Assembly (NCBI GenBank): GCA_965178125.1
Contig: OZ237748.1
Coordinates: 186,001 to 250,000, forward strand
From: Bilabrum cf. latius
Taxonomy: Eukaryota
Reading direction: 5' to 3'
Length of the DNA: 64,000 nucleotides
Below are positions 37,801 through 50,788 of this stretch, piece after piece; the first letter of the stretch is position 1; every line of letters starts with the position of its first letter. A program made the translations under genes and the position numbers. The notes below the pieces were generated by a model, which was given only the letters and a program-made list of their open reading frames with translations, had not been told where the DNA came from and searched no databases.

Positions 37801-38979
37801 ATGATCGGATGAATCCATTCGGCCCGTCCCAATTGCACCTGTTGCTGCTGCTGCTGCTGCTGCTCCCGCCACCGCGGCTTCAGCAGGTGAAGGTACATCG
37901 CTGCTCTGGACACCAGGGTCACTTGAAGACGCAGAAACACCCGCGCTGCCCCCTGGCCCCTCTTCAGGAGCACCCGCGCTGCCCCCTGGCCCCTCTGCAG
38001 GAGCACCCGCCGCAGATCCAGCGCCAGCGCCCGCACTCGTACCTGAAGCGTCAGGCGTACCGGCCTCGCGAGGTTCCGATCCACCAGCACGAGGCATGCC
38101 TGAACCTGCACCAGTCCCGACCACGGCCTCCTGTACGGCACCTTGCCTGCCCATACCATACATGCTGGGGGCAGGCACCCTAGCGAGCCGTTCGAATTCG
38201 TCCTGGAGCTCGAGATGTATGTCGCCCCCCTTCCGCACCGATGTGACGAGTGAGGCCACAACGGACCTGCTTGCTGGTCCCGCTGTGGTCGCAGTGACGT
38301 GGAGCTCCTCCAGCTGGGCATGAATCTCGCCAGCAGTGCCTATTTGGGGGACGGGTCCGCTGAACACGAGCTTGCGCAATTGCGTGGTTGTTGGCCTATC
38401 CGACATCACGACACGGAGCATGCGGCTGGCGGCGACTTCGTCCTTGGCTGATACCTCCAAGTCCGACAACCCCGGCAACTGCACGATGGTATGCATCGCA
38501 TCGGTCACTTTGTCAAGCGTACTGCCATCTTCAGAGGTGCAGGACGGCAGCGTGATGCCGACGCTCGTCAGCGAAGTGCAGTGAGTCGCCACGCGGCTCA
38601 GAATGAAGCCAGAGTGGGACAATGGTATCGAGTCCGACCCAATTTTAAATTCATCGAGGTTTGTCAGCATCGACATCGCCGGAAGTATCTAAAGAGCGGC
38701 TCCGGCTCGAAAGGTAGCGTCCATTTGAAAGCCACGAATGGTCTCCGGTTCTTGCAGAAGCAGCTACCTACAAAGTCCTGCGTCTGTAACATCATACTAT
38801 CCAATAAGTATCAAACAGAGTCCTCCGCGACCTCTTCTGCCGGAATGCGCGCTGAACACCAAGTGCGCTATCGATGACAACTTCACAGCACTCTGAACGC
38901 CTTGGAGAGCGTCATACTTTGCCACCGCGAAACTCTACTTCACACCATGTTCGTTGACGTCAACTATATCAAGCAACAT
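34788..38979 (-). pseudogene. Tandem paralog of the 30321-33764 gene with three frame disruptions (probable pseudogene or misassembly)
   Basis: MLLDIVDVNEHGVK*SFAVAK aligns to MDLPSIEIQQHGIERSFEMAK, and both end RRERLVMFRRxVHGGGGxS-TGA. Frame changes near 37390 and 35505, plus a 95-bp x6 expansion. Six in-frame TAGs (38935, 38797, 38764, 38689, 37032, 34920). Confidence 0.7.
36451..37008. repeat. 95-bp tandem repeat, ~6 copies, expanded from coding sequence of paralog 2
   Basis: CCTTTGGAAGCTCCCGGTCGAC... at 36451, 36546, 36641, 36736, 36831 and 36926. Confidence 0.97.
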
Positions 38980-39176
38980 ATAGGTTGTTCAATGATTGGA
39001 CCAGTTCTACGAGCGAATAATGGCCTAGATCTATTCACTTTGCAGATGTGACGAATGCGGTAGTCTACGGTGCTGGGTGCAATGCAAAAAATGCACATTG
39101 AGTTCAATCGGTTGAGAATGTTTTTATCCGGAAAACATTTTTGAAACCAAACGAGCTTCGATACCACGCGCGCGAT

Positions 39177-42100
39177 TCACTCCTCCCCCCCCAGCCCATC
39201 CCCATCCCTACCCCCACCCCCATCCCCACCGCTCCCAGCCAGCTCCCCCTTGCTCAGCCCAAAGTACTCCTCAGCGGCAGCTCTCGCCTCCCCCTGCTGC
39301 TCCTCCCCTCCGCATCGCGACTCAAACGCGAGCCAGGCCCGGAACGCCGCCCTCGCCTTGCGCTTGGGCAGCTTCTGGGCGCACAGCCGACGCAGCACGC
39401 CCCTCGCCCGCGCCACCCCGTCCTCCCCACCGTGCTGTTCCTCCAGGTCTGCCCACGCCGTCCATGCATCCAGAGCTCTGGCGCGCGACTCCACCACCCC
39501 CTGCAGAAGCCTGCGCCCCCGCTCGCGGCTGCCCCCCAAACCGGAACCATCGCCCTTGAACTCGGCAGCGGCGGCCCGCAGCACCAGAGGCTGCCTGCAC
39601 CGCTTCGGCAGGCACCCAAGAGCGAACCGAAGCAGCAATCGGGCCCCGTCAGCGTCACCACGCCCGTACCGGTCACCGACCCAGCCCCACCAGAGACCCT
39701 CCCCCGTGGCAAGGTCACGTGATGACCCGGAATCGGAAGCGTGCGCCGTGCTCGGCTCCGCCGACGACGATGACGCGCCGGCTGCGGAACCGGATCCGGA
39801 TTGCGCGGCGCCGCCCTCTTCCCACGGCAGCAGCTGCTTCTGCCCCAGGCCCCCGTAGGCCCTGGCAGCCGTTGCGTACATTCCCTCTGCCTCGTCCCAC
39901 CTCTTGTTGTTCCGCAGGATGCCCAGCATGATAGCATAGGCCCTGCGGACGGGCACCTGCTGCAGGCATAGGGCGAATGCACGGCCGAGGCTCTGGGGCG
40001 TCCCGCTGGATGCCTCCAGTGCCAGCCTCGCCGTCCACACGGCCTCCCGCGCCGCCGCCGCTTCGTCCCCTCCCCTGAGTCTGAGACCGTCGCACGCGCG
40101 CTCCCCCACGGCCCGCGCCCCCTCCAGATCCCCCTGCGCGGCGCGATGTGACATCCAGCGGATCCATGCCTCACCGTTGCTCCGATCGGACATGGCCTGC
40201 TTCTCGAGATGCGCGTCTCGCTCGGACTGCTGCCCCCCGGCGGCGGCGGCGCCGGAGGAGGAGGAAGACGAAGATGACGAGTGCTTGCCCGCACCGGTGC
40301 CGCTGCTGCCGGCCTCGTCCTCGCTATCACCATCCTCATCACTATCGCCATCGCTGTCACCGTCGCCTCTATCCATGGGCGCCGCTCCGGCCCTGCCAGA
40401 GGAAGCAGTCGCCGCGAGCAGCAGGCCGCCGGCAGCAGCTCCCGACAACTCGTCCTCCTCATCTTCATCTTCATCTTCGTCGCTGTCGTCATCCGAATCG
40501 GAGCCGGACTCAGACTCGGAATCAGAATCGCTGTCCTCCATCGCGGACTGCCCCTTGGCACTCGTCACACCAGTCGCGCCGGAAGACCCGCCCGCCGACG
40601 CACGCACGCCCACGGCACGGATCGTTTCCTCGTCCTCATCCTCACCGGCCCCGTGAGGCATCAGCGATCGGAGCACCAGACGAACGGCGTCGCCGGTCTT
40701 GGTACCGCCAGGCAATGCACCCGCCCCGCCGCTGCCCAGCGGAACCCGGACCCGCGCGGCGCCGCGAACACTGGTTCCGCTGCTCCCCAGGGAACACACG
40801 GCCTCTGCCCAGCGCGGCTTGCCCCCCCCACCTCCGCCGAGGCTGACGATCCTGCCCTCCAGTGCGCGGCCGGTTGCAACCAACTCCTCGGCGAGAGCGC
40901 GCGCGGCGCCGGTGGACGCGCCCTTGGTTCCGCTATCACCAGCACCACCAGCCGCTGTCCCTGCCCCGTCGCCGCCCATGGCCCCTGCGGCCTCTGCTGC
41001 CCTGCGGAGCGCAGACGGCCGCAGGTTGACGTCGGCGCGCGGCGCCGATTGCGGAACATCATCGGCGTCGCCCGATGCGGCGCCGGGAGTCACGGACAGC
41101 ACCACCCCCCTGACGACCCGCCCCGGAGCGAACGTTCGCTGAGGTTCGCTGACAAACCCGTCGCCGAGGTCCTTGAGCCTGCAGCGCCCCACCACACCGC
41201 CGGGCATCTGCAAGAAGCACCCCTTGGCACCCGTCCCTGTGACGAGTGCGGTCACCGGCCGCCCCGGACGCACCATGTCACGGGCCTCCTTCCCCGCGAT
41301 CGTCGCCAGCGCCCCGGCTGCATGAGCCGCTCGGTCTGCATCGTCAGCGGCTCCGGCTGCAGCACCATCTGCTGCTGCCGCTGCCGCCGCCTTGACTAGA
41401 TCGACGCGGATAGAGACGCGGGGCGGCGGGGCGGAGCGCGCGGGAGATTGCGCGGCGCCCTTTGCGGAACCTCGCTTCCCCTTGCCCTTCCCCTTGGCGG
41501 CACCCGAGGCAGGCGCCGGCGCCTGGTGTGACGAGTGCAGCACCACGGCCAGCACCCACACGCCGGTTCTTTGCGCCTGCACGCCCATCGTGCCGGGTGC
41601 CAGCCTCAGGGCCCCCAGCACGCCGGCGGAACCGCCCTTCCTGCCCAGTTCCGCCCAATTGCGCGGCGCCGCTGCGTCGCCCGCCCGCAGGATGGCCATG
41701 GAGCCGTACCCCGCCGACACCCTGACGGATCCGGAGCCCTTTTTCACGGCCGCGCCGCCGCCCGCAGACGTAGCCGCAGCCGCGTCGTCCTCCTCGTCGT
41801 CCGATCCTGCGGAACCGTCGCCGGCGCCGCGCATCGCCCTCTGCTCCGCCCGCGCCATCCGCACCATGTCGTCCAGCGAGGTGACTCCGATCGACGAAGA
41901 GGAGGAGGAGGCAGCCGACGATCCGGAGCCGGAATTGCGACCCTTCCCGCTCGACCCCTTCCCCTTGGCGGATCTCGCTGCGGAACCTCGGCCCGGCGCC
42001 GCGCGCTCAGGCAGCACCCGCGCGAGCAGCACCTGCCCGGGCGCGGAGAGTGTCTCCCGCCGCAGTGCCATGCACCTTGCCAGCCACTCGGCCAGGCCAT

Positions 42101-43465
42101 CCCCACCATTATCCTTCTCCTCCTCGTCGGCCATAGCGAATCGGGCGGTGGCGGGTCCAGAAGGGGGCGCGGGCAGTGCCTTGGAGGCCAAATCGATCGA
42201 GCCGTCTGCAGCACCGCCGCTGCCGCCGCCAGCCGACTTTGTATTCTTCCCCTTGCCCTTGCCCTTGCCCTTGCCCTTTGCGGAGCTCGAGGCGCCCTTG
42301 CTCGTGTCCAGGAACGGCGCCGCGCTCAGCGGAACCATCAGGCGCACCTGGATTGCGGAACCGACCGGCGCCGCGCGGAAGCAGCTGCCGGCCACGTCGG
42401 ACAGCCGCACCCTGCCCTCGCACTCGTCATCCAAACCGCCGGCCAGACCCGCCCCGAGTGTACCCCCACCAGCCGACGATCCACTCGTCACACCGGAGGG
42501 AACAGGCAGGTCCTCCGGCGCCACCAGCACCCGCCGGCCCCCGCTGCCAGGGAACAAGCACGCAACCACGGCGCCCCTCGCCCGATCCAGGCCCTCCACC
42601 ACAGCGCCCACGAGCGAGCCAGCGGGATGCGCGGCGCCGGTTCCGCACGAAGCCAGGGCGGCCTTGGTCTTCCACACCGCCGCGAAGCCCACCTCGATCT
42701 CGGTCACGAGCTGCTCGCCGGCGCCGCGCACCGCCAGCGGAACCGCCCCAAGCACCTTGAGCTCGCCGGACGCGATCTCGTCGCCCGCCGCCAGCCCGCT
42801 GCAGAACCGTGCGATGCACCCGCGGCTCGCCTTTTCGAAGGCCTTGCCCTTGCCGTGTCCCACCGCGCCCGGCAGGCGCATCACCACGCGGAACCGGCGC
42901 CGCGCATCTTCGTCCTCGCCCACCGCCAGCCCCGGAATCCTCAAGACGACCTCTCGGGTGTCCAGCGGCGCCGCGCCATCCCCCGTTGCGGAACCTCCAC
43001 TCGTCAGCAGCTTCCTTCCGGACCGCCCCGCCACGATAGAAGCGGCTTTGACCAACGTCCCCGGGATCATCAACCCAGCCGCATCCAGGGCATTGGGAGC
43101 AGCAGAAGCGCCAGAAGCACCGCTGTGCTCCGCTGCGGTGAAGCCGTTCAGCAATCCAACAGAGCTGGTTCCGTTCCCGCTTTTGCTGGCCGACGGTGAG
43201 GCCGAAGCACTCGACCCGGAGCCGGAAGAGGCACTCGTCACACCAGAGGACGCGGGCAGCGCCTTCTTGGCAGCGTCCACCGCCCGCTCGAGCGACACGA
43301 CGGCGTCACCGGTGTGACGAGTGCGCCCTGCACCGGACACCCGCGCGCTGCCACTCTTGCCCGATGGCGATGACGTTGATGACGATGAAGCGGGGGGCAT
43401 TGCGGGCAGAGCCAAAGGGGGGCGGATCGATCCAACGGCGTCGTCCTCTTCCTCGTCGTCTTCTG

Positions 43466-43496
<31 letters not shown>

Positions 43497-46400
43497 GTCA
43501 GACATGTTGGACTGACCCTTGCCCTTGCCCTTGCCCTTGGGATCCTCCTCTGCCTCCTCCTCCTCATCACCGGAGTCATCAGACCCGGAATCGGAATCCT
43601 CCTCCTCCTCTTCGGCACCCGGGCCCAGCGAGGTCTGAGGGAACATAAACACGGGACTGCCCACACTCGTCACACCGGAAGCACTCGTCACGCTTCCGCC
43701 GGCACCCGAGGACCCCGCCATCCGCACGAGGCCCCAAGCATCGCCGCCGCCCGCACTCGTCACACGCACGGCCGCCAGTGCGTGCGCCGCACCACCGTGC
43801 CATGCACCCATCGAGTCACCCCCGGCCCACAGAATCCTTCCCTCCATCGCAGCACCAGCAGCAGCAGACTCAGCCTCACCGTCTTGCTGCAGGGGGCCCA
43901 TGGGCTTGGGCGCCGACTGCCCCTCCGGCACCAGCGCCACCACGAGCCCAAGCGCGGGCGGTTGCAACCTCCCGAGGTCCTCTGCCCCCTCCGGCCTCCA
44001 GGTGGTCGCAACCTCATCCTCATTTTCTTCCTCTTCATCTTCGCGGATGGCCTTCACGCCCACCACCACGGCCCTGACCCGAGTGCCCCCCTCGGGCACT
44101 GGATCGAAGCTGGGGCCCTCGCTACCCCTGGATCGCACCGTCAGCGCAAGGCGGCGACTACCCTTCTTGCCCTTCTTGTCCTTGCTGGTGGAATCGAACA
44201 GGCACAGCTCAGCAACCACCTGATCTTCCTCTTCATATTCCTCATCCTCGCCCCCGTCTGCCGCACCCGGAATCGGAATTCCCCCGATGCTCGTCAGCCG
44301 CAGCCGGTCGCAACCACCACCACCCCCACCAGCACCGCCCGAGGTTGCAACCACCCCCTCCACCGAGCATCCCAGCAGCAGACCGCTCACCAAGTCAGCC
44401 CCGCCGATCGCTGCCAGCCGAGCACCAAGCCAACCATCGCCGTCCTGGTCCGCCTGAGGTGCGGCCCCTGCATCCATGGCCGGCTGCAGGCTCTGCTCGA
44501 GGCGGGCCATGAGCGGGTTGACGCTGGCGCTGGGCGAAGCATCATCATGATGACCCGCATCATCATCGCCGTGATCAGATGACTCGGAGCCGGAATCACC
44601 CTCCTCGTCCTCCTCCCCATCACCATCACTCGTCATCATTTTCTGCTTGGCCGCCATCGCAGCTGCCATTGCCTGTGCCAGCCCGGGCCCCTCCTCGTCC
44701 TCGTCCTCGTCCTCATCTTCCTCTTCACCGCTCCCGCTTTCTTCATCTTCATCTTCATCTTCATCATCCTCGCCGTCCTCATCGCCGCCCGGCCCCATGC
44801 CCATGCCCATCAGAGACCCCAGCCCGGCCCCCGCTCCACTCGTCACATCCTATCCCCGCAGAGCCGCCGCCAGCCGCACCTCGCACAGTGCACTGCCCAT
44901 CACCTCCTCGTCGAAGGAACTTTCGCCGAGGTTCGCCGCACCTCCGCCCAGCAGGGCGGCCAGCATGCCACCGGCACCAGACGACAAAGCACCAGCACCA
45001 GCACCAGCACCCTTCCCATTATCATTCGTCACACCCGCGAGCGCCCTCACAGCGGCCCACACACCCGCGGAGCACAGGCCCAGCCTGTCCACATCAGCGC
45101 CCTTTAGTGCATCACTCAGGTGCCTCAGAGACTGCTGCCCGGCCTTCTTCGAGGCCATTGCCTGCGCTGCCAGGAGCAGGGGGTTGGGGCCGCCCATGGG
45201 CAGCGAGGGCGCGCCGTCCTCTTCATCTTCATCTTCGTCAGAGTCGTCGGATCCGGAAACGGAATCATCGTCCTTCTTCTCTTCCTCCTCACCGTCGTCA
45301 TCGTCGTCCTGCATCGCAGCCGATCCACCGGCGGGTTTGGACACCCCCTCCTCGCCGCTATCTTCATCTTCATCCTCCTCGCTGTCATCACCGTCTCCGC
45401 CACCCATGGAAATGCCCAGGCTGCCCAGATCCAGCCCAGGCCCGGACATCATGCTCACCGCCTTGCTGACGGCACGTGCCGCCGCGCTCAGCACCACGGC
45501 GCCAGCCGCGTCCGCCTGCCGGAGGGCGTCAACCGCCTCACCCACCACCTGGTGTGACGAGTGTGATAGGTGTGACGAGTGGGACAGGGTCCGCAGGAGG
45601 GCAGCGTGGACGCTCTCGGCTCTGCAGTCCGCCATCCACCTCGGCTGGTTGGTGTGACGAGCGCCCTTGCCCTTCCCCTTGCCCTTGCTCTTGCTCTAGG
45701 CTACCGATGACTCGGCAGGACCGTCCCCGCCCCTGCTGTTCTGCATGGTTACAACCGCCCAGCGCCAGCTGCCGACCAGCGGACCCGCCTGACTGCCGTC
45801 CGGAACCATAAAGGGGGGGCACAGCGCGGAGGCGCCGCCCGCCGTCGATACGAACGTCTCAACAGAGGGGCTTGAAGAAGCAGACGGAGATGATCCGGAG
45901 CTGGAATGGCTCCCACGCCTGTTCCCCTTCTTCTTCTTCGACCCCCCTTTAAGCACGTCAGCCGCCCGCTCCTTCCCCCTCCCCTTGCCCTTGCCAAGCT
46001 CGATCGCACGAGACCCGGTCACCCACACGGGCACCAGCTATCCCGGCCGGGGCACAAACCCGGAATCATTAACCACATTGCCACCGGACACCCGCAACAG
46101 CCCCAGGGCCGCAGCGGCCGAAGCCAGCGCCCCCCTCGCGCACACGAGCCCAACGGACACATGCACCGAGGACCCGTCCGCCAGGATGGTCTCCACCCTA
46201 GAGGGCACCTTGCGCCTCGTGAGCACAAGCAGAGGTCGGGACCCGAGAGCCGCACCGTCGTGCGATGCACCCGGCGCACCACCACCGCCGAGCACCCGTC
46301 CCAGGGCAGGCGACACGAACCCGGAGCCGGAAGCGGCCAGCGCCAGCAGCCCGGCGAAGGCCGCCTTGGAGGCAGCGGGGTCGTCGGCGAGGCCCCACCA

Positions 46401-49400
46401 CGGGACCTCGCACCACTCCGAGTGTGACGAGTGCGATGGGTTATTCTCGGTACTCCAGCCCGTCACCTTGCACAGCAGCACGATGGAGCTGTCCTCATCT
46501 TCATCTTCGTTATTGTCGCCGCCTGCACCAGCCCCGGATGCGGCCTGCTTGCCCTTGCCTTTGCCCTTCCCCTTGGGCTTTCGGCTGTGTGTCCATCTGC
46601 CCACCACCACGGAGCCGGCGGCCGCAGCAGCGTCGCCCACCGCCAGACCCGATGCCCCTGGCTTGCACTCGTCACGATCTCCACCGGTAGAAGCACCGCC
46701 AGAGGCAGCAGATGAGGCGGCCGCCTTTGCCGCCTGGGTCTTCTCGCCGGGCTGCACCGACAGGTGGGTGGACAGCCAGAGGCGGGGGATGCGCCTACCA
46801 GTTTGACCACCCTGACCACCGCCGGATTGACCACCCCCGTCGGAGATACCCGTGAGTCTCACCCTCACGGTGCTCCCGATCGGCTGCAGCTCAATGGCCT
46901 GGGCCATCTCCCGCTGGGTGAGGGGCGCGCTGGCCTTGCGACCGTCGCGCTTCTTGTCTTCCTCTTCTTGTTCATCACCGTCATCACCGGCTGCCTGGAT
47001 TCGGAGCCACCTACTCCTGACCTCCCTCGCCGGGATAATACCCCGCACGCCGCCGAAGAAGGTGACCCACGCCCCCGCGCGCCCGCAGCCGGTCACGTAC
47101 CCGGTGCGGACCACCGGCGCACTCGTCACGCTACCACCACTCGTCACACCATCATCTCCACTGAGGGCCGCCCTCGCCTGCTCCCAGGACACCAAGCACT
47201 CGTCATTCGCCGGCCGCATCGCCACGCTCCTGTCCCCTGGCCTGAGTCGGGGGGCGGCCCCGTCCTCCTCTCCAAGGCCAACGAGGGAGGCCTTGAGTGT
47301 GACGAGTGCGCGCAGCCCCTGTCCCTTGTTCCCCTTGCCCTTGCTGTGCCTCTCCTGCTCCACCTCCAGCACACGAGCCCACACCGCCTTGCCCTTCTTC
47401 ATCAATGCAGCCGCTCGCCCGCCCACACCCCCTCCCGCGGCGCTAGCAGCGTCAGACACGTGCGGAGGTGTGACGACTAAAGGCAGCCGGGGGCCCCTGA
47501 CCATCGTCCCGTCGGGTCCTTCGATCCACTGGTCCGTGTACAGCCGGATCGCCTTGCCCGGACGCCCCTGCTCGGCCACAAGCGCCCGCACCAGCTGGCC
47601 CGGCTTCAGGTCACCCAGGCCGGTCGCTACCTCATCGTCCTCCTCGGCGGCCCGCCCCGCCAGGATCCGCCCTTGTTCCCTGGACCTCACCCCCCGCAGC
47701 CGCAGCAGCCCCTCGAAGCCCATGGCACCAGACACGCGCGCCACCACGGCCGTGCCCGGGGGCGCCTCCCGCAGAGCAGAGACCGCCTGTGCCGCCGCCT
47801 CTAGCTTTCTAGAGGACTCGCCCGTCCGCGCGGCGTCCGAAGCAGAGCTACCCGCCAGCGCGGCCGCCTTCTCCTTTGCGTTGGCAGCCTTCTTTCCGCC
47901 CCTTCTTGCCCTCCGACCGGCACCTGTGGACGCGTCCGCTGCTGCTGCTGCTGCTGACGCCTTGCCGTCGGTCTTGTCGGACTTGCTCTCGGCTTTCTCC
48001 TCGTCGTCATCCGCGACAGCTGTATCCTCATCCTCATCATCGGACTCAGATTCAGAATCAGAAACGGAATCCGAATCGGAGTCGGAATCACTGTCCTCCT
48101 CCTCCTCCTCCTCCTCCTCCTCCTCATCATCATCCTGCATGGCCTTGGCAGCCGACACCTGCGCATCCTTGGACCCAGACGATGGCGCTGATGTCGACGA
48201 CAATGAAGAAGCTACAGCGGCTGCAGCACTCTACTTCTTCTTCTCCTTACCCTTGCCCTCGATCGCGCGAGATCCGGCCAGTGCAGTGGCGGGCACGACC
48301 CCGGCGCTGCCCCAGCCCCCCTCCCGCACCCACGCCGGGAGCTGATCGAACACACTCGTCATACCTGTACCATCACCTGCAGTTCCCTCAGACGGCCGCG
48401 AGCGCTTGGTACCCAGCTTGGGCACACTCGTCACACCACCTGGACCTGCCTTGTCGCCGCGCTTGGACCCCCCCGAGGATGACGATGACGGCGATGCGTC
48501 GTGCAGCACGCACAGCTCCGTGCCGGTCTCACTCGTCACACCTTGGCCGCCCCAGGACACCACGGCCCTGCGGCCATCCACGTGCCTCGTCACGGCGCCG
48601 CGCACAGCGGAACCTTTCCCGAGCATGGCTTCCGCCAGCTGCTGCCCCCTCAGGCAGAGCACGTGGGGGGAGGCCGAGAAGCACACGCGCCTCGAGGCGG
48701 GGTCGATGGCCGCAACCCGGAGCCACAAATCGCGGGGGCGGCGCAGGGGCGGAAGCTCCGGCCAGGCCGCTTCCGAGCTTGTCGTAATGGAGTGTGACGA
48801 GTGAGATCCATCCGTCCTCCTCCGCTTCTTCGCATGCTGTTGCCCGCCAGCGCCGGCATCGTCGGATTCGGAGCCTGAGTCATCATCGCTGCTGTCGTCA
48901 TCATCACCTCCGAGCTCCAACGCACTCGTCACATCGGCATCGGGCTGCCTCAGCACGCCTGGCTTGGGGACGGGCGGCGCGTCGGCCATCTCCTTGGGCA
49001 GCTCTTGTTCCCTGGCGCGGGCAGCAGATACCCTGGCGGCATGCGCTGCATCGGCCCTGTCGCACCTCTTTAGCCACCTGCGGATCTCTTCCTCCCAACC
49101 GGCTTTGGCCACCCCGCCCAGGTGCCAGGCGCTGACGGTGCCCACCAGCGCACCCCCGCACACGCTCACCCACACGCCCCCCTTGCACAGACCCCCCACG
49201 CGGCCGCGCACTAGCTGGCCCGGCTTCACGCTGCCCCATCCCTGCACCCCGCCAAGCGGAACCGCCGCGGCGCCAAACCGGCTGGGCCCACCCTTCCCCT
49301 TCCGCTTGCCCTTGGCTGCAGCTCCATCGGATCCGGAGTCCCGCGCGATCTCGTACCCTCCCGTCCGGACCTGCAGCACAGCCGTCCCGTCTCCCCTCAC

Positions 49401-50788
49401 ACTCGTCACACGGGCACCCAGCAGATACCCCCCCTCCGTCAGGGGGTTCCCCTGCCCGTCTGTCCCGTCAGTCGCTGAAAAGGGAAGGAACCCCCGGAGG
49501 CCCCTGCCGCCCGACGCACCTGCCCCCGCACCACCGTTCCCTGCACCCTCCCCCGCCCCGACCCCCAGATCCACCACCCACCCCTCGTCCTCGGCCGACA
49601 CCAGCTGCCCCCCCACCGGCGTGCCAGCCTCCACGTACGCCCTTGACAACCCCATCGCCAGCCGCGCCGGGGCCAAACTGCACGCTACTTCCAACCCGGA
49701 AGAACCCCTCGACCCGCTGGCGGCCTGTGCCCTGGCCGCCGCCGCCCCCTCCTCGTCCCCTCTGGCAGCCAGGAGCGCGGCACGGGCCTCTGCCGCCTGA
49801 GCCGCGGCCGCCGACTTGGGCTTGGGAGCGAGCGTGGAGGCCCGGAGCAGCTGCCCGGGGCGGAAGAATGCCGTGAGCGGGGCGGGGCCGCGTGCATCTG
49901 CGCTTGGCCTGGATTCATGATCCTAATCGTCCTCATCGTCCTCTTCTTCGCTTTCATCCTCTTCTCTCGCATCGTTTGCAGATTCCGCACCCCCCTTGCC
50001 CCTGCCCCTGCCCCTGCCCCTGCCCCTGCCCCTGAGCCATCCCCTGACCCTCCTCCTCACCACGGCGCCGCACTCCTACAGGGTCACCCTGCCCTTGATC
50101 CCAAAGGGGAGGGACAGCGTCAGGGACCGGGAGCCCACACTCGTCACACTCGCCAGGACCAGAGTGCCGGGCCGGATGGTCTGCGATGAGCAATCAGGGG
50201 AGGTCAACGGGGGGAGTGCGGTGGTCGCGGTACACAGGCAGATTCACAGCATCGCAAGCATCAGGGCAGCAACGAGTGGTTGTACACGTATATCACGCTA
50301 GGCATTGCCTTTATCTTCCTCACCTTCGCCTTGAGGACCCACGCCTCCCTGGGTGCCTGCACCCCGGCTCGCCTTGCCACCGACAAGGGGCCCTGGGTCT
50401 TCCCCGCCAATGATGATGATGACGATGACGATGATGCGATTAATCCAGCTCCTCTTGCATGACCTCTGCGGCTTGACTCGGTGCGGGCTTCCATGCCCAT
50501 GCCTCCGCCACTGCGGCTGCTGTCTGCCTGCTGCTCGGCTCGGGAGCTGGAATTCGACTTTCGCCTGCCGCTGCCTCTGGAACGGCGCTGCGACTGCTGC
50601 TCCTGCACTTGGGAGTTTGCATCAGCTCCGGCAGTCCCGTCGGTTGCTGCCGATGCTGCGGGGCCGCTGCTTCCAAACAGCCTGGGAATGTGCTCGAGCG
50701 AACTGGAGGCAGCTGGCTTCTTCGGCTTTGTGCCGGGCATAGGCACCGCCCGAGATAGTCCTCTCGGAAATGATGACTGCTGATCCAT
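39177..50788 (-). CDS. RRP5: rRNA biogenesis protein RRP5/PDCD11 homolog, ~3820 aa, join(50324..50788,39177..50180); 6 in-frame TAG
   Basis: N-terminal SSFPRG; multiple S1-like motifs (IRPGTLVLASV...LSLPFGIKGRV, FFRPGQLLRA, GCFLQMPGGVVGRCRLKDLGDGFVSEPQRTFAPGRVVRGVVLSV); C-terminal HAT repeats (WIRWMSH...ARAVGERA, FRAWLAFESRCG). Exon 2 is one frame broken only by TAG at 50076, 49923, 48231, 46038, 45696 and 44850, and ends in TGA. Confidence 0.92.
50181..50323 (-). other. Spliceosomal intron (143 nt, phase 0) in RRP5
   Basis: Donor AAG|GTGAGG; acceptor CCCCTGATTGCTCATCGCAG| with a CTGAT branch-like site. Removal joins AWVLKAK to TIRPGTLVLASV, restoring the frame and the first S1 motif. Confidence 0.85.
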
